DNA from: Fidelibacterota bacterium
GTDB taxonomy: Bacteria; Fidelibacterota; Marinisomatia; Marinisomatales; JABMOV01
Assembly: GCA_046861395.1 (NCBI GenBank)
Contig: JBHHUC010000011.1
Span: 1-48,893 of the forward strand
Direction: 5' to 3'
Length of the DNA: 48,893 nt
Each line of letters starts with the position of its first letter. Within the stretch, counting starts at the first letter, position 1. Below are positions 10,199 to 22,721 of this stretch, in pieces. Both the position numbers and the translations under genes were made by a program. Below the pieces are notes generated by a model. It saw only the letters and a program-made list of their open reading frames with translations, was not told the DNA's origin and did not search any database.

Positions 10199-11054
10199 TC
10201 GTTTAGGACGTGGACTTGAAGCCCTCATCCGACCCCAGGATGAGTTAAGTACCAGTACCAGTCCGGGAGTCTATAAAATTCCCATTGATAAGATTGTCAC
10301 CAATCCCAATCAGCCGCGTAAATATTTCAATGAGGAAGCGTTGGAGGAATTGGCGGCTTCCATCAGGGAAAAAGGAGTGTTGACACCCATTACCGTTCAG
10401 GCGCGTGAGGATGGATTTTTCCTCATTGCCGGGGAACGCCGCTGGCGGGCGGCCCAGATGGCAAAGCTAAAAACTATCCCCGGTTATGTTGTGGAAGTGA
10501 ATTCCGAAGCCGATCTTATGGAAATGTCACTGGCGGAAAATATTCAGCGGGAAAACCTGAACCCGATTGAAGAAGCGGAAGGCTATGCTTTTCTCCACAG
10601 TAATTTCGGTTTAAAGCAGCAGGATATTGCCCGCTCGGTGGGGAAAAAGCGGGTCACGGTTACCAATGCTCTGCGGCTTTTGAATCTACCATCGGAAATT
10701 CGTAAGAGTCTCCGACAGGGTGATATTTCTGCCGGTCATGGTCGGGCACTGCTCATGGCAAAAACGACGGCGAAACAATTGTCCCTCTGGCGCCGGATCC
10801 GGCAGGAAGGTCTGAGTGTCCGTCAAACAGAGGCATTGGCGGCCGGGAAAAGTCCGACAAAACCAAAATCGCCGCGCAAATCATCCGCTCCCAATCCGGC
10901 CTTTCAAGTTGTGGAAAGCCAGTTGCGGGATGTCCTGGGAACAAAAGTAAAGGTCAAATCGGGGAAGGGACAGGGCACGATTGAAATTTCCTGGTATTCG
11001 GAAGAGGACCTGGATCGCCTGGTCGAATTACTGCAATCCATTTCAGAAAAATGA
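10188..11054 (+). CDS. parB: Chromosome partitioning protein ParB/Spo0J
   Basis: LGRGLEAL ParA-activating peptide, NPNQPRK, IAGERRWRA, ENIQRENLNPIEEA, HTH region, ISAGHGRALL. Confidence 0.96.
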   Translation: MKGNRLGRGLEALIRPQDELSTSTSPGVYKIPIDKIVTNPNQPRKYFNEEALEELAASIREKGVLTPITVQAREDGFFLIAGERRWRAAQMAKLKTIPGYVVEVNSEADLMEMSLAENIQRENLNPIEEAEGYAFLHSNFGLKQQDIARSVGKKRVTVTNALRLLNLPSEIRKSLRQGDISAGHGRALLMAKTTAKQLSLWRRIRQEGLSVRQTEALAAGKSPTKPKSPRKSSAPNPAFQVVESQLRDVLGTKVKVKSGKGQGTIEISWYSEEDLDRLVELLQSISEK

Positions 11055-11839
11055 AAGCTAAACGTTATACGGTCTTGGTTATTCCTGACAATGAGGATAA
11101 AACCCGTCAATTGACAGTCAGGAAATCATGGCTGACGCTGGGATTGATGTTCATAATTCTATTCGTTACAGGTATAATTGCCGTCACATATATTTATTTT
11201 CCCAAGATTGTGTCCTATGATGAACTAGAGCAGAAATACAATTCTCTGGCGGAAGAACGGATAGAAATGTACTCTCTGTTGCGTGATCTGCGCCGAATGC
11301 AACAGTTGGATATCCTGATCAGGAAAACACTGGGGCCGGAAATGGAACTGGAGGCGCGGGACGAAACCGAAACACCCCGGAGTGTATCGTCCGATGATAC
11401 ATTAACCATCTCATTTCTGGAAAACTTTCCGTCCCAATTACCACTCCAGGGATACATTACGCAGCACATGAGCCGGTCTTCCCTGTATCGGCGCAACAAT
11501 CATTACGGAATTGACATTGCCGCCAAGGCTCAGGAACCGATCTTGGCTTCCGCCTCTGGATTTGTTGTATTTGCCGGTTGGACCTATGATATGGGGAATA
11601 TGATCATTTTATATCACGGGGACGGATATTTCACCTATTACGGCCATAATGAACGGAATCTGGTTCAGGCCAACGATGTCATAAAACGGGGAGATGTGAT
11701 TGGGCTGGTGGGATCCACCGGCGTATCTTCCGGTCCCCACCTCCACTTTGAAATCTGGAAAGATGGTGTCCCGGTGGACCCCTTAACTTTCTTTCCGCAA
11801 TATTATGAAACGGACTTAAGTTCGGAGCGTCATGGGTAA
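11051..11839 (+). CDS. Membrane-anchored M23 family (LytM) metallopeptidase
   Basis: N-terminal YTVLVIP segment, TM helix, coiled coil, then HYGIDI (HxxxD) and GPHLHFE (HxH). Confidence 0.92.
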   Translation: MKAKRYTVLVIPDNEDKTRQLTVRKSWLTLGLMFIILFVTGIIAVTYIYFPKIVSYDELEQKYNSLAEERIEMYSLLRDLRRMQQLDILIRKTLGPEMELEARDETETPRSVSSDDTLTISFLENFPSQLPLQGYITQHMSRSSLYRRNNHYGIDIAAKAQEPILASASGFVVFAGWTYDMGNMIILYHGDGYFTYYGHNERNLVQANDVIKRGDVIGLVGSTGVSSGPHLHFEIWKDGVPVDPLTFFPQYYETDLSSERHG

Positions 11840-12197
11840 AATTGATTTTCAGAATGTACACACGATGATTGGCGCCGATGTTGTCATTCGTGGGAATGTG
11901 GAACTTGAAGGCGGGATCATTATCTATGGTTCCATCTTCGGTGATGTTTCCACACAGGGGCCAGTACGAGTGGCACGAACCGGAAGAGTTACCGGTAATA
12001 TTAACGCCAGTGATATCCGCGTCGGGGGTCATATTGAAGGGAATATCACCGTCTCCAACCGGGCGGAACTGGGACAACATTCCAGTCTGAACGGAGATTT
12101 GACCTGTTCGCGTCTGTTAATTGAAGAAGGCGCCTCATTTGCCGGGGCCTGCGACATGCAGTCAGCCGGTGAATCATCACCGGTTAGCGATGCCTGA
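11832..12197 (+). CDS. Bactofilin (polymer-forming cytoskeletal protein, CcmA family)
   Basis: TMIGADVVIRGNV...GSIFGDV...VTGNINA...IEGNI...LNGDL...LLIEEGASFAGACDM beta-helix pattern; directly follows the M23 gene. Confidence 0.93.
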   Translation: MGKIDFQNVHTMIGADVVIRGNVELEGGIIIYGSIFGDVSTQGPVRVARTGRVTGNINASDIRVGGHIEGNITVSNRAELGQHSSLNGDLTCSRLLIEEGASFAGACDMQSAGESSPVSDA

Positions 12198-12432
12198 TCA
12201 TAAATATTCCATCGCCCGGTCAATGGAGTATTTTCAGAAAATGGTCCGGGAAGCCGGGCCGGCCGCCGGAGCAGCCTATACACTTACGGGAGCGATTCTT
12301 CTTCTGGGCGGAATCGGATACATACTGGATCGGGTCCTGGGCTGGGCACCTTATGGCCTGATATCCGGATTATTACTGGGTATCATTGTAGGGTTTTATG
12401 AATTGGTTAAAGTGGTATATAAGTCCCACTAA
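12190..12432 (+). CDS. AtpZ/AtpI family small membrane protein
   Basis: Two TM helices with GYILD and GLLLGIIVGFYEL. ATG at 12190 overlaps the bactofilin stop and is preferred over the ORF-track start at 12121. Confidence 0.8.
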   Translation: MPDHKYSIARSMEYFQKMVREAGPAAGAAYTLTGAILLLGGIGYILDRVLGWAPYGLISGLLLGIIVGFYELVKVVYKSH

Positions 12433-12805
12433 ATTCATCCGGACGTTTCAAATCGAGTTGTTGATCTTTTGCATGACGATCTGGACCGGGCTGATCATGC
12501 TTTACCCATCGGCAATATGGGAATTCAGTGCCGGTCTAATTCCGCCGCTTGTTATGACTCTCTGGTCAACAAGACGGATGGTAAAACGCTTTACGACCGC
12601 CCCGGAAACATTGACCGGATTCATGATTAAAGCCTTTGGTTTCAAGCTGGTTTTTTATGCCTTCATTTTTATAATAATATTAGGTTTTTCCCCTTTTAAC
12701 TCTCTGAAATTTGTCCTTAGTTTCCTGGGCTTTTTTAGTTCATTGCACGCTATTGAAGCGGTATATTTACATCAATTACTCAAAGAATCTCAGAATACGA
12801 AATAA
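12398..12805 (+). CDS. ATP synthase protein I-like 4-TM membrane protein
   Basis: Four hydrophobic segments with AFGFKLVF and HAIEA, located between atpZ and atpB. Start codon uncertain. Confidence 0.65.
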   Translation: MNWLKWYISPTKFIRTFQIELLIFCMTIWTGLIMLYPSAIWEFSAGLIPPLVMTLWSTRRMVKRFTTAPETLTGFMIKAFGFKLVFYAFIFIIILGFSPFNSLKFVLSFLGFFSSLHAIEAVYLHQLLKESQNTK

Positions 12806-12814
12806 CGATTTAAT

Positions 12815-13741
12815 ATGAGTACAGCCGGAACCGGGCCTGACGCTGGTGGATTTGATGCCGGAGAAGTCATCTTACATCACGTATCCAACAGCTCCCACGA
12901 ACATCCAATTTTTCACCTCCCTACGCTTTTCGGAATCGATTTTTCCGTGACAAAGCATGTGCTGATGTTATGGATAACAGCGGTTCTGGTTTTTACACTG
13001 GTTACATGGACGGTGCGCAAATACCTGCGCCAGGACCGTCCCGTTCCTCATGGCTTTATGAATGCCTTGGAAGCAGTGGTCCAATTCATCAAGGATACGG
13101 TGGTGCAACCTAACATCGGCGCTAAATACACACCATTCTGGGCGCCCTTGATTCTCACGTTCTTTTTCTTCATCCTGACGGCCAATGCCATCGGCATGAT
13201 TCCGTTCTTTGACGTACTGGGCCTCATCAACCGCTTCATCTTTCAGATAGGTCAGGAAGAAAGTCATAATTTTATCAACGTCATGTTACATGGTGGCACG
13301 ACGGCTACCGGGAATTATAATGTTACAGCTGCCCTGGCGATTATTACCTTTACCAGTATAGTAATTGCCGGAACCAAGGCCCACGGATTTATTACGCATT
13401 GGAAAAATATTGTCCCCCACGGTCTGGCCTGGCCGGTTTATATTATTTTAATCCCCATTGAAATTATCGGTTTACTGGTTAAACCATTTGCCCTGACCAT
13501 GCGATTGGCGGCGAATATGACAGGCGGGCATATTGCCCTGCTGGCCATTCTGTCTTTTGTCTTTATTTTCAGCGGTTTATTTCACAGCGTTCTGGCCGGT
13601 GTCGGTGTGGGCGTCCTGGTGTCGGTGCCGTTATCCGTGGGAATATCGGCTCTGGAAATCATTGTTATCTTAGTGCAAGCCTATGTGTTTACGATGCTGT
13701 CGGCTGTATTTATTGGAATGGCTATCAATGTTCATCATTAA
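12815..13741 (+). CDS. atpB: F0F1 ATP synthase subunit a
   Basis: TKHVLML, TATGNYNVT, KPFALTMRLAANMTGGH (essential Arg), VQAYVFTMLS. Confidence 0.96.
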   Translation: MSTAGTGPDAGGFDAGEVILHHVSNSSHEHPIFHLPTLFGIDFSVTKHVLMLWITAVLVFTLVTWTVRKYLRQDRPVPHGFMNALEAVVQFIKDTVVQPNIGAKYTPFWAPLILTFFFFILTANAIGMIPFFDVLGLINRFIFQIGQEESHNFINVMLHGGTTATGNYNVTAALAIITFTSIVIAGTKAHGFITHWKNIVPHGLAWPVYIILIPIEIIGLLVKPFALTMRLAANMTGGHIALLAILSFVFIFSGLFHSVLAGVGVGVLVSVPLSVGISALEIIVILVQAYVFTMLSAVFIGMAINVHH

Positions 13742-13786
13742 TAATTTTCTTCACTTTGAAAAATCATAACGAATACGGAGGTATAG

Positions 13787-14014
<228 letters not shown>

Positions 14015-14018
14015 ATCC

Positions 14019-14061
14019 GTCCTGATGAATTGAGCGGCCATCAAGTCGTTCACTTCAGGAC
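14019..14061 (+). promoter_or_regulatory. Intercistronic stem-loop between atpE and atpF
   Basis: GTCCTGA-TGAA (14019-14029) pairs with TTCA-ct-TCAGGAC (14049-14061); no U-tract follows. Confidence 0.45.
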
Positions 14062-14085
14062 CATCTTTCAGATAGGAGATCACGT

Positions 14086-14589
14086 ATGAATCCATTAGTG
14101 CAACCGGATCCGGGATTATTCATTTGGACCATCCTGACCTTCCTGGTATTGCTGTTCCTATTGGGAAAATTTGCCTGGAAGCCGTTACTTGCCCTGTTGG
14201 AGGAGCGGGAAAAAGCTATCCGGAAATCACTGGATGACGCGGAAACCGCCCGGCAGGAACTGGAATCCATCCAGCAAAAATCAGAAGATATACTGGCGAA
14301 GGCACGATCCGAAGCACAGGAAATTGTTTTGGAAGGGAAGACGCTGGCCGAACGCATGAAAAATGAAATGCTGAACAAGGCCAAGGATAAGGCGGATGCC
14401 ATCGTGGCCGAAGCCCAGGGCAGGATTCAGGCCGAAAAGGACCGGGCCGTGTCAGAAATCAAAACCGAAGCAGTGGATATATCCATCGCGATTGCGGAAA
14501 AACTGCTGGAAAAAAACATTTCACGGGATGACAACAAGCGTTTGATCGATGAAGCGCTCAAGCAGGTCCAGATAAAACATGAAGCTTAG
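14086..14589 (+). CDS. atpF: F0F1 ATP synthase subunit b
   Basis: PDPGLFIWT..FLVLLFLLGKFAWKP..LEERE followed by a long charged helix. Confidence 0.95.
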   Translation: MNPLVQPDPGLFIWTILTFLVLLFLLGKFAWKPLLALLEEREKAIRKSLDDAETARQELESIQQKSEDILAKARSEAQEIVLEGKTLAERMKNEMLNKAKDKADAIVAEAQGRIQAEKDRAVSEIKTEAVDISIAIAEKLLEKNISRDDNKRLIDEALKQVQIKHEA

Positions 14590-15124
14590 CCGGAAAATAA
14601 AGCATTACGGCCGCAGCCTCTTTCAGGTTGCACGTGATAGAGATATTTTACGGGAAGTGGATGAATCGTTGAAAGCCATTGCCCAACTGCTGCGTAAGGA
14701 AGCTGACATCCGGGCTATTTTCATGGCCCATCGCATTTCCCCTTCGCAGAAGGATTCACTCTTCCGCCAGGCGCTGAGTGATGTTATTGATCCGGTGACA
14801 CTGGAATTTTTCCTGCTCATGATGGATAATCGTTTATCCGTATCCGAAGTGCTGGCGGTCGTTACGGTGTACCACCGTTTACTCCGGGCCGAATTGGGGG
14901 AAGAGGATCTGACCGTATTCTGCGCCCATCCGTTGGATGAAGATGATATCAATGCTATTGTCCGGGAACTGGAAGAAAGAACAAGTACGGTTTTACGCTG
15001 GAATACCGTTGTGGACCCGTCTCTAATCGGAGGCATCAAATTTCGGGTCGGAAACACTTTTTTAGATGGTACGATTGCCCGGCGTATCCAACTGCTCAAA
15101 ACATCTCTGCTGTCCAATAATTGA
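14579..15124 (+). CDS. atpH: F1 ATP synthase subunit delta
   Basis: HYGRSLF N-terminus, [20 protein letters not shown]-terminus; operon position. Confidence 0.92.
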   Translation: MKLSRKIKHYGRSLFQVARDRDILREVDESLKAIAQLLRKEADIRAIFMAHRISPSQKDSLFRQALSDVIDPVTLEFFLLMMDNRLSVSEVLAVVTVYHRLLRAELGEEDLTVFCAHPLDEDDINAIVRELEERTSTVLRWNTVVDPSLIGGIKFRVGNTFLDGTIARRIQLLKTSLLSNN

Positions 15125-15147
15125 ATAATAAGGATTCTGATAATCGT

Positions 15148-16671
15148 ATGAATATAAAATCGGAAGAAATTCGCAGCTTATTACAACAACAGATTGAAAA
15201 ATTTGATATCCAGATCGACGTCGAGGAAGTCGGAGAAGTTCTTGAAGTCGGTGATGGGGTAGCCCGTGTCAGCGGTCTGGAAAATGTCCTGAGTTCAGAA
15301 TTAGTGGAATTACCGAATGGTGTATTCGGAATGGCTCTGAACCTGGAAGAGGATAACGTGGGACTGGTGCTGTTCGGTGAAAGTCGTCTGGTCAAGGAAG
15401 GCGATCTTGCCAAACGGACCGGCCGGGTGGTGCAGATTCCAGTCGGTGATGCCTTGCTGAGCCGGGTTGTAAATCCTCTGGGACAGCCTCTGGATGGTAA
15501 AGGTCCGATTGATACCAAGGAAAGTTTACCTATTGAACGCAAGGCATTGGGTGTGATGCAACGGCAACCGGTAACGGAACCGCTCCAGACCGGCCTGAAG
15601 TCGGTTGACAGTATGATCCCTATCGGTCGCGGACAACGGGAATTGATCATTGGTGACCGTCAGACAGGAAAGACGGCCATTGCCATTGATACCATTATCA
15701 ACCAGAAATATACCCATGACACGGATGCTCCCGTATTTTGCATATATGTAGCGATTGGACAGAAAGCTTCGACTGTTGCCAGGGTTGTCACCGAACTAGA
15801 ACAGGCTGGTGCCATGGAATACACCACTGTAGTGGCCGCCAATGCTTCCGATCCGGCACCGATGCAATATATCGCCCCCTATTCGGGTTGTGCCCTCGGT
15901 GAGTATTACCGCGATAGTGGGAAACACGCCCTCATCATTTATGATGATTTGTCCAAACAAGCAGTGGCCTACCGTCAGATGTCCCTAGTATTACGTCGTC
16001 CTCCGGGCCGCGAAGCCTATCCCGGTGATGTCTTCTATCTTCACAGCCGCTTACTGGAGCGGGCGTCCAAATTATCGGACGATCTGGGTGGCGGTTCTCT
16101 GACGGCCCTACCGATTATTGAGACGCAGGAAGGGGATGTGTCGGCCTATATTCCCACCAATGTGATTTCCATTACGGACGGTCAGATTTACTTGGAAAAC
16201 AACCTGTTCAATGCCGGTGTGCGACCGGCCATTGATGTGGGTATTTCCGTATCCCGGGTCGGTGGTAACGCTCAGATCAAGGCCATGAAAAAAGCAGCCG
16301 GTATGTTACGCCTGGATCTGGCTCAGTTCCGCGAACTGGAAGCCTTTGCCAAATTCGGTTCCGATCTTGATAAAAACACACAACAGCAATTAACCCGTGG
16401 ACGCCGGATGGTTGAAATTCTTAAACAGGATCAATATCAACCCATGCCGGTGGAAAAACAGATTGCCATCATCTTTGCCGCCAATAACGGTTACCTGGAT
16501 TCCATTGAACTGGAAAAAATCAAAGATTACGAAGAAGGGTATCTGACCTACCTTGAAGCAAACTATAAATCTGTTCTGGATGACTTGGCTACCCGGGGGG
16601 AAATGACGGAAGAAATATCTCAGGCCCTGAATAAGGCCAGTGATGAATTCAAAAAGGGTTTTGTGGCATAA
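15148..16671 (+). CDS. atpA: F1 ATP synthase subunit alpha
   Basis: [52 protein letters not shown] at 15148 preferred over TTG at 15121. Confidence 0.98.
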   Translation: MNIKSEEIRSLLQQQIEKFDIQIDVEEVGEVLEVGDGVARVSGLENVLSSELVELPNGVFGMALNLEEDNVGLVLFGESRLVKEGDLAKRTGRVVQIPVGDALLSRVVNPLGQPLDGKGPIDTKESLPIERKALGVMQRQPVTEPLQTGLKSVDSMIPIGRGQRELIIGDRQTGKTAIAIDTIINQKYTHDTDAPVFCIYVAIGQKASTVARVVTELEQAGAMEYTTVVAANASDPAPMQYIAPYSGCALGEYYRDSGKHALIIYDDLSKQAVAYRQMSLVLRRPPGREAYPGDVFYLHSRLLERASKLSDDLGGGSLTALPIIETQEGDVSAYIPTNVISITDGQIYLENNLFNAGVRPAIDVGISVSRVGGNAQIKAMKKAAGMLRLDLAQFRELEAFAKFGSDLDKNTQQQLTRGRRMVEILKQDQYQPMPVEKQIAIIFAANNGYLDSIELEKIKDYEEGYLTYLEANYKSVLDDLATRGEMTEEISQALNKASDEFKKGFVA

Positions 16672-18941
<2,270 letters not shown>

Positions 18942-18943
18942 TA

Positions 18944-19342
18944 ATGGGTAATCTGCAAGTAGAAATCGTAACGCCAACCCGCTTCCTGGATGAAGGAAGC
19001 GTGACCTATGTCCGTTGTCCCGGACTGGATGGTTCTTTCGGTATAATGGTCAATCACGCTCCCGCCGTTATCGCTTTGTCGATTGGTGAAATAAAGCTGA
19101 TTCGCAATAGCAATGAAGAAGAATTCCTGGCCACGGGAGGCGGATATGCCGAAATATCAGGCGACAAAGTATTGTTACTGGTGGAATCGGCGGAGCGCCA
19201 TACTGAAATTGATAAAGAACGAGCCCGGCTGGCTGCCGAACGGGCCAAGCAACGGCTCCAGAAAAAAACAGGTGTCGATATTAACCGTGCACGATCGGCC
19301 TTATTACGCTCCATGAACCGACTGAAAGTGGCACAACGATAG
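18944..19342 (+). CDS. atpC: F1 ATP synthase subunit epsilon
   Basis: EIVTP, GSFGIMVNHAP, GGYAEI, and a C-terminal helical hairpin. Confidence 0.95.
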   Translation: MGNLQVEIVTPTRFLDEGSVTYVRCPGLDGSFGIMVNHAPAVIALSIGEIKLIRNSNEEEFLATGGGYAEISGDKVLLLVESAERHTEIDKERARLAAERAKQRLQKKTGVDINRARSALLRSMNRLKVAQR

Positions 19343-19410
19343 GTTTATAGAAATTCTGTTAAATTATCGCTCGAATTGTCGGGCGGAATTTATCCATTTA
19401 CGCAAAATAC

Positions 19411-19546
19411 CTCCCCACTCAGGCGGAATGGTTGAATGCCGAATCTCCATCAAATAATATTATCACTCTTTGGCGGATCATCCTCCAAAGATTACACACG
19501 GGTGGGTGATTATTATATCAGCCACGGACGGGGTTTGTGGGACTCC
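19411..19546. ncRNA. Possible structured RNA or leader between atpC and aspS (unassigned)
   Basis: Nested complementary segments: 19414-18/19537-41, 19429-35/19518-24, 19454-67/19505-16 and 19468-77/19481-90. No family motif recognised with confidence. Confidence 0.25.
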
Positions 19547-19565
19547 ATGGACAAAAGGAGAAACG

Positions 19566-21314
19566 ATGTTTAAACGCAGTCATACCTGCGGCGAATTACG
19601 CCAACCGGATGCAGGAAAAACCGTTGCCTTGAATGGTTGGATTCATTCCGTACGATTACATGGCCAGGTCGTATTCATTGACCTGCGGGACCGGTACGGA
19701 AAGACACAATTAGTCTTTGACACAGACCATTATAGCGGTGACTTTGAGCAAGTCAAGAAACTTTCCATCGAGGATGTAATCAGTATACAGGGACAGGTCC
19801 GGTTACGGGACAATGCCAATCCTGAATTGCCCACGGGTGATATCGAAGTCCAGGTTCAGGGCCTTGAAATATTGAATGAAACGGCGCCTCTGCCATTTAT
19901 GATTAATGACCGGCAAAGTGCCACGGAAGATTTTCGTCTGAAATATCGCTACCTGGAATTAAGAACCGAGGAGTTGCAACGAAACTTACACCTACGCCAT
20001 GCGGCCTATCAATTCGTTCGGAATTATCTGGCGGAAAAGGCCTTTATAGAGATTGAAACGCCGGTACTCATGAAATCCACGCCGGAGGGAGCACGGGACT
20101 ATCTGGTCCCCAGTCGAATACATCCCGGGAAGTTTTATGCCTTACCGCAATCACCCCAGACCTATAAGCAATTGCTCATGGTTTCCGGTTTCGATCGCTA
20201 TTTCCAGATTGTAAAATGCTTCCGGGATGAAGACCTCCGCGCCGATCGCCAACCGGAATTCACACAGATTGATATTGAAATGTCTTTCATTGATGAGAAC
20301 GATATCATGGAACTGTGTACCAGCCTGACGCGGGAATTATTTCTGACGGTTGCCGGGATTACTCTGCCGGAAACCTTTCCTGTCATGTCATGGGAAACAG
20401 CCGTGAATCGTTATGGCACCGACCGGCCCGATTTACGCTTCGATTTACCATTGGTGGATGTGAAACGGTTTACCGACCGCTCCGATTTTAAGGCCTTTTC
20501 CTCTTGTCCCATGGTCAAGGGTCTGATAGTAGAAAACGCCGAGCAATATTCCCGTAAAACCATTGATGGATTAACAGACGAAGTTAAGAAACTGGGCGCC
20601 GGCGGACTGGCCTGGATGAAATATCAGGCGAGAGCCTTTTCCGGAGGAATTGCAAAATTCTTTTCTTCCGAATTACAGCAGGAACTGGCGGAATCATTAT
20701 CCCTTAACGGCGGAGAGATTCTTTTCATGATCGGGGATGAACCGAGTATTGTTCATCAAGCTCTTGGGGCTTTACGGCTGACCATTGCAAAACGGGATCA
20801 ATTAATTCCGGCGGATAAGTATGCTCCGGTCTGGATAACGGATTTCCCCATGTTTGAATGGAACGAGGACACCGACCGCTTTATGGCCATGCATCATCCC
20901 TTTACAGCACCGAAAGTTGCAGAAGCCCAACAGTTGAAGACGGACCCGGCCCACGTACTATCGCGGGGATACGATCTGGTGTTAAACGGTTTTGAAATTG
21001 CCGGAGGGTCAATCCGTATTCATGACCAAATGATACAGCAAACGGTATTTGAACTGCTGGGAATCGGGAAAGAAGAGGCCCAGGAAAAATTTGGATTTTT
21101 GTTAAATGCCCTGACCTTTGGTGCTCCACCGCACGGGGGCATTGCCTTTGGGTTTGATCGTCTGGTGATGTTATTGGCCGGGACGGATAATATCCGGGAC
21201 GTGATTGCATTCCCCAAGACGACATCGGCCTATTCTCTGATGGATGATTCCCCCAGTCCGGTTTCTTGGGACCAGCTGGACGAATTGGGGATTCAGCTTA
21301 AAAAGCCTGAATGA
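19566..21314 (+). CDS. aspS: Aspartate--tRNA ligase
   Basis: RSHTCGEL, FIDLRD, STPEGARDYLVP, ALPQSPQ, CFRDEDLRADRQPEFTQ, GGSIRIH, GAPPHGG..GFDRL. SD AAGGAG precedes ATG at 19566. Confidence 0.97.
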   Translation: MFKRSHTCGELRQPDAGKTVALNGWIHSVRLHGQVVFIDLRDRYGKTQLVFDTDHYSGDFEQVKKLSIEDVISIQGQVRLRDNANPELPTGDIEVQVQGLEILNETAPLPFMINDRQSATEDFRLKYRYLELRTEELQRNLHLRHAAYQFVRNYLAEKAFIEIETPVLMKSTPEGARDYLVPSRIHPGKFYALPQSPQTYKQLLMVSGFDRYFQIVKCFRDEDLRADRQPEFTQIDIEMSFIDENDIMELCTSLTRELFLTVAGITLPETFPVMSWETAVNRYGTDRPDLRFDLPLVDVKRFTDRSDFKAFSSCPMVKGLIVENAEQYSRKTIDGLTDEVKKLGAGGLAWMKYQARAFSGGIAKFFSSELQQELAESLSLNGGEILFMIGDEPSIVHQALGALRLTIAKRDQLIPADKYAPVWITDFPMFEWNEDTDRFMAMHHPFTAPKVAEAQQLKTDPAHVLSRGYDLVLNGFEIAGGSIRIHDQMIQQTVFELLGIGKEEAQEKFGFLLNALTFGAPPHGGIAFGFDRLVMLLAGTDNIRDVIAFPKTTSAYSLMDDSPSPVSWDQLDELGIQLKKPE

Positions 21315-21316
21315 AA

Positions 21317-21733
21317 TTAGGTTAAGTTATTATCTTCCCGCAGACGCTGGATGGCAATGAGGACGTCCCGGCGGCTGATTTGACCGATGAGGTTTCCGTT
21401 TTCCAGAACGGGATAACGACGATAGGAATTTCGTAGGAATTTCTCAGCCAGGGCATGAATGCTCATATTGGCATCCACCGTTTTCAGGTCGGTGGACATG
21501 ACATCACCCACGGTTTCAATGGGATAATTATTATACGATGAATCCAGGATTGTTTTATGACAATCCACTTCCGACAGCATTCCTACAAGATTTCCTTCCT
21601 CATCGAGAACGGGTCCGCCGGATATACCATGCTCAATTAATATTTTCATGGCGTCGTAGACACTGGTTTCCGGGGAAAAGGAAATTAATGAACGTGTCAT
21701 GAAGTCTTTGACAGAATAGGGTTTTCTCATCAT
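21317..21733 (-). CDS. CBS-domain pair protein
   Basis: VKDFMT...HGISGGPVLD...GMLSEVD and VGDVMS...RRYPVLE...GQISRRDVL. Confidence 0.9.
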   Translation of the reverse strand: MMRKPYSVKDFMTRSLISFSPETSVYDAMKILIEHGISGGPVLDEEGNLVGMLSEVDCHKTILDSSYNNYPIETVGDVMSTDLKTVDANMSIHALAEKFLRNSYRRYPVLENGNLIGQISRRDVLIAIQRLREDNNLT

Positions 21734-21790
21734 TTGCCTCCCATCAATTCTTTTAACAGGTGTGAATATACAATATCTGGAAACATGACG

Positions 21791-22660
21791 TCACTCGAAC
21801 AATAAATGTTCTTTTTCCAGGAGTGAACGGGCCAGTTTCTGTTCCAAAAGATTTTCCGGCATTACATCGGGAATGGAAGTTGGATCAGCCTCAATAACGG
21901 ATGTAAGAGTGGCATGAAATTGCTCCCGATCGCCGGTTTTGGTATAATAATACCGAGCCTTCAATACTTTAGTAGCGAAATAGTCGGGATAAGCATCAAT
22001 GGCCTGATTGAAATACGATTCGGCCCGGTCGAGTTCAACCCCAGGTATTCGGGTATAAAATACACCGAATAGCCGGTAAGGTCCCCCGAAGTAGAAATTG
22101 GGATTTAAAACGAGCATTTGATGGAGAATATTTTCAAATATTTCCCTTTTCTTCAGACGCTGTACCACCGGTTTGGTGAGCAAATAACTGCCGAAATTAG
22201 CCGCCCACCAATACAGGACCGGGATGTGTTCCTGTGTGAAAAAAGGTAACAATGCTTCAATCGTCAGAGAGTCGGAACCGGTCATACCCCGGAGTGAAGC
22301 GGATAGGCCTTCTTCGGCAACCATGGCACCGCGCAGATAGAGACTGTCCTGCAAAACAGGATCATTGGTAAGATAATGTGCCTGAAAATAATAGGCCCGG
22401 CTGAGCATTTCGATTAAATTTAGATTCGGGGAGGTGACCTCATAGGCACTGGCCAGGAATTGACATGATTTTCGTACCATATCAGGATTTGAACGCTGCT
22501 CCCAGAGATGAAGGCCTTCCTGAATCAAATATTCGATATTTTGTTCCCTGGCCTCCGCTGATAGCTTTTCCGGCTTAGTATAACAGCCGGTAATGGCAAT
22601 CAGAACCAGACCACCGAAAACAATCCCGAGGAAAAAGGGACGAATTAAGTTTTGCCGCAA
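21791..22660 (-). CDS. TatT-like TPR lipoprotein (TRAP/TPAT T component family)
   Basis: Lipobox ITGC; LYWWAANFG, PNFYFGGPYRLFG, YFNQAI..PDYF, and C-terminal ADP...PEN..EQ..AR.LL, all matching the TatT pattern. Confidence 0.7.
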   Translation of the reverse strand: MRQNLIRPFFLGIVFGGLVLIAITGCYTKPEKLSAEAREQNIEYLIQEGLHLWEQRSNPDMVRKSCQFLASAYEVTSPNLNLIEMLSRAYYFQAHYLTNDPVLQDSLYLRGAMVAEEGLSASLRGMTGSDSLTIEALLPFFTQEHIPVLYWWAANFGSYLLTKPVVQRLKKREIFENILHQMLVLNPNFYFGGPYRLFGVFYTRIPGVELDRAESYFNQAIDAYPDYFATKVLKARYYYTKTGDREQFHATLTSVIEADPTSIPDVMPENLLEQKLARSLLEKEHLLFE

Positions 22661-22721
22661 AGAGAATCCTTTGGTTAAGATGGCGTAAATTTAAGGCAAT
22701 AAATTACACGTATTGGACAAT

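Noticed and set aside
19495..19550. T-box leader for aspS
   Set aside because: No TGGNACCGCG T-box consensus and no terminator/antiterminator with a U-tract.
19470..19565. N-terminal extensions given by the ORF track for aspS (19470), clpP (35625), atpZ (12121) and atpA (15121)
   Set aside because: Downstream ATGs have SD sequences or coupled stops and match the normal family N-termini.
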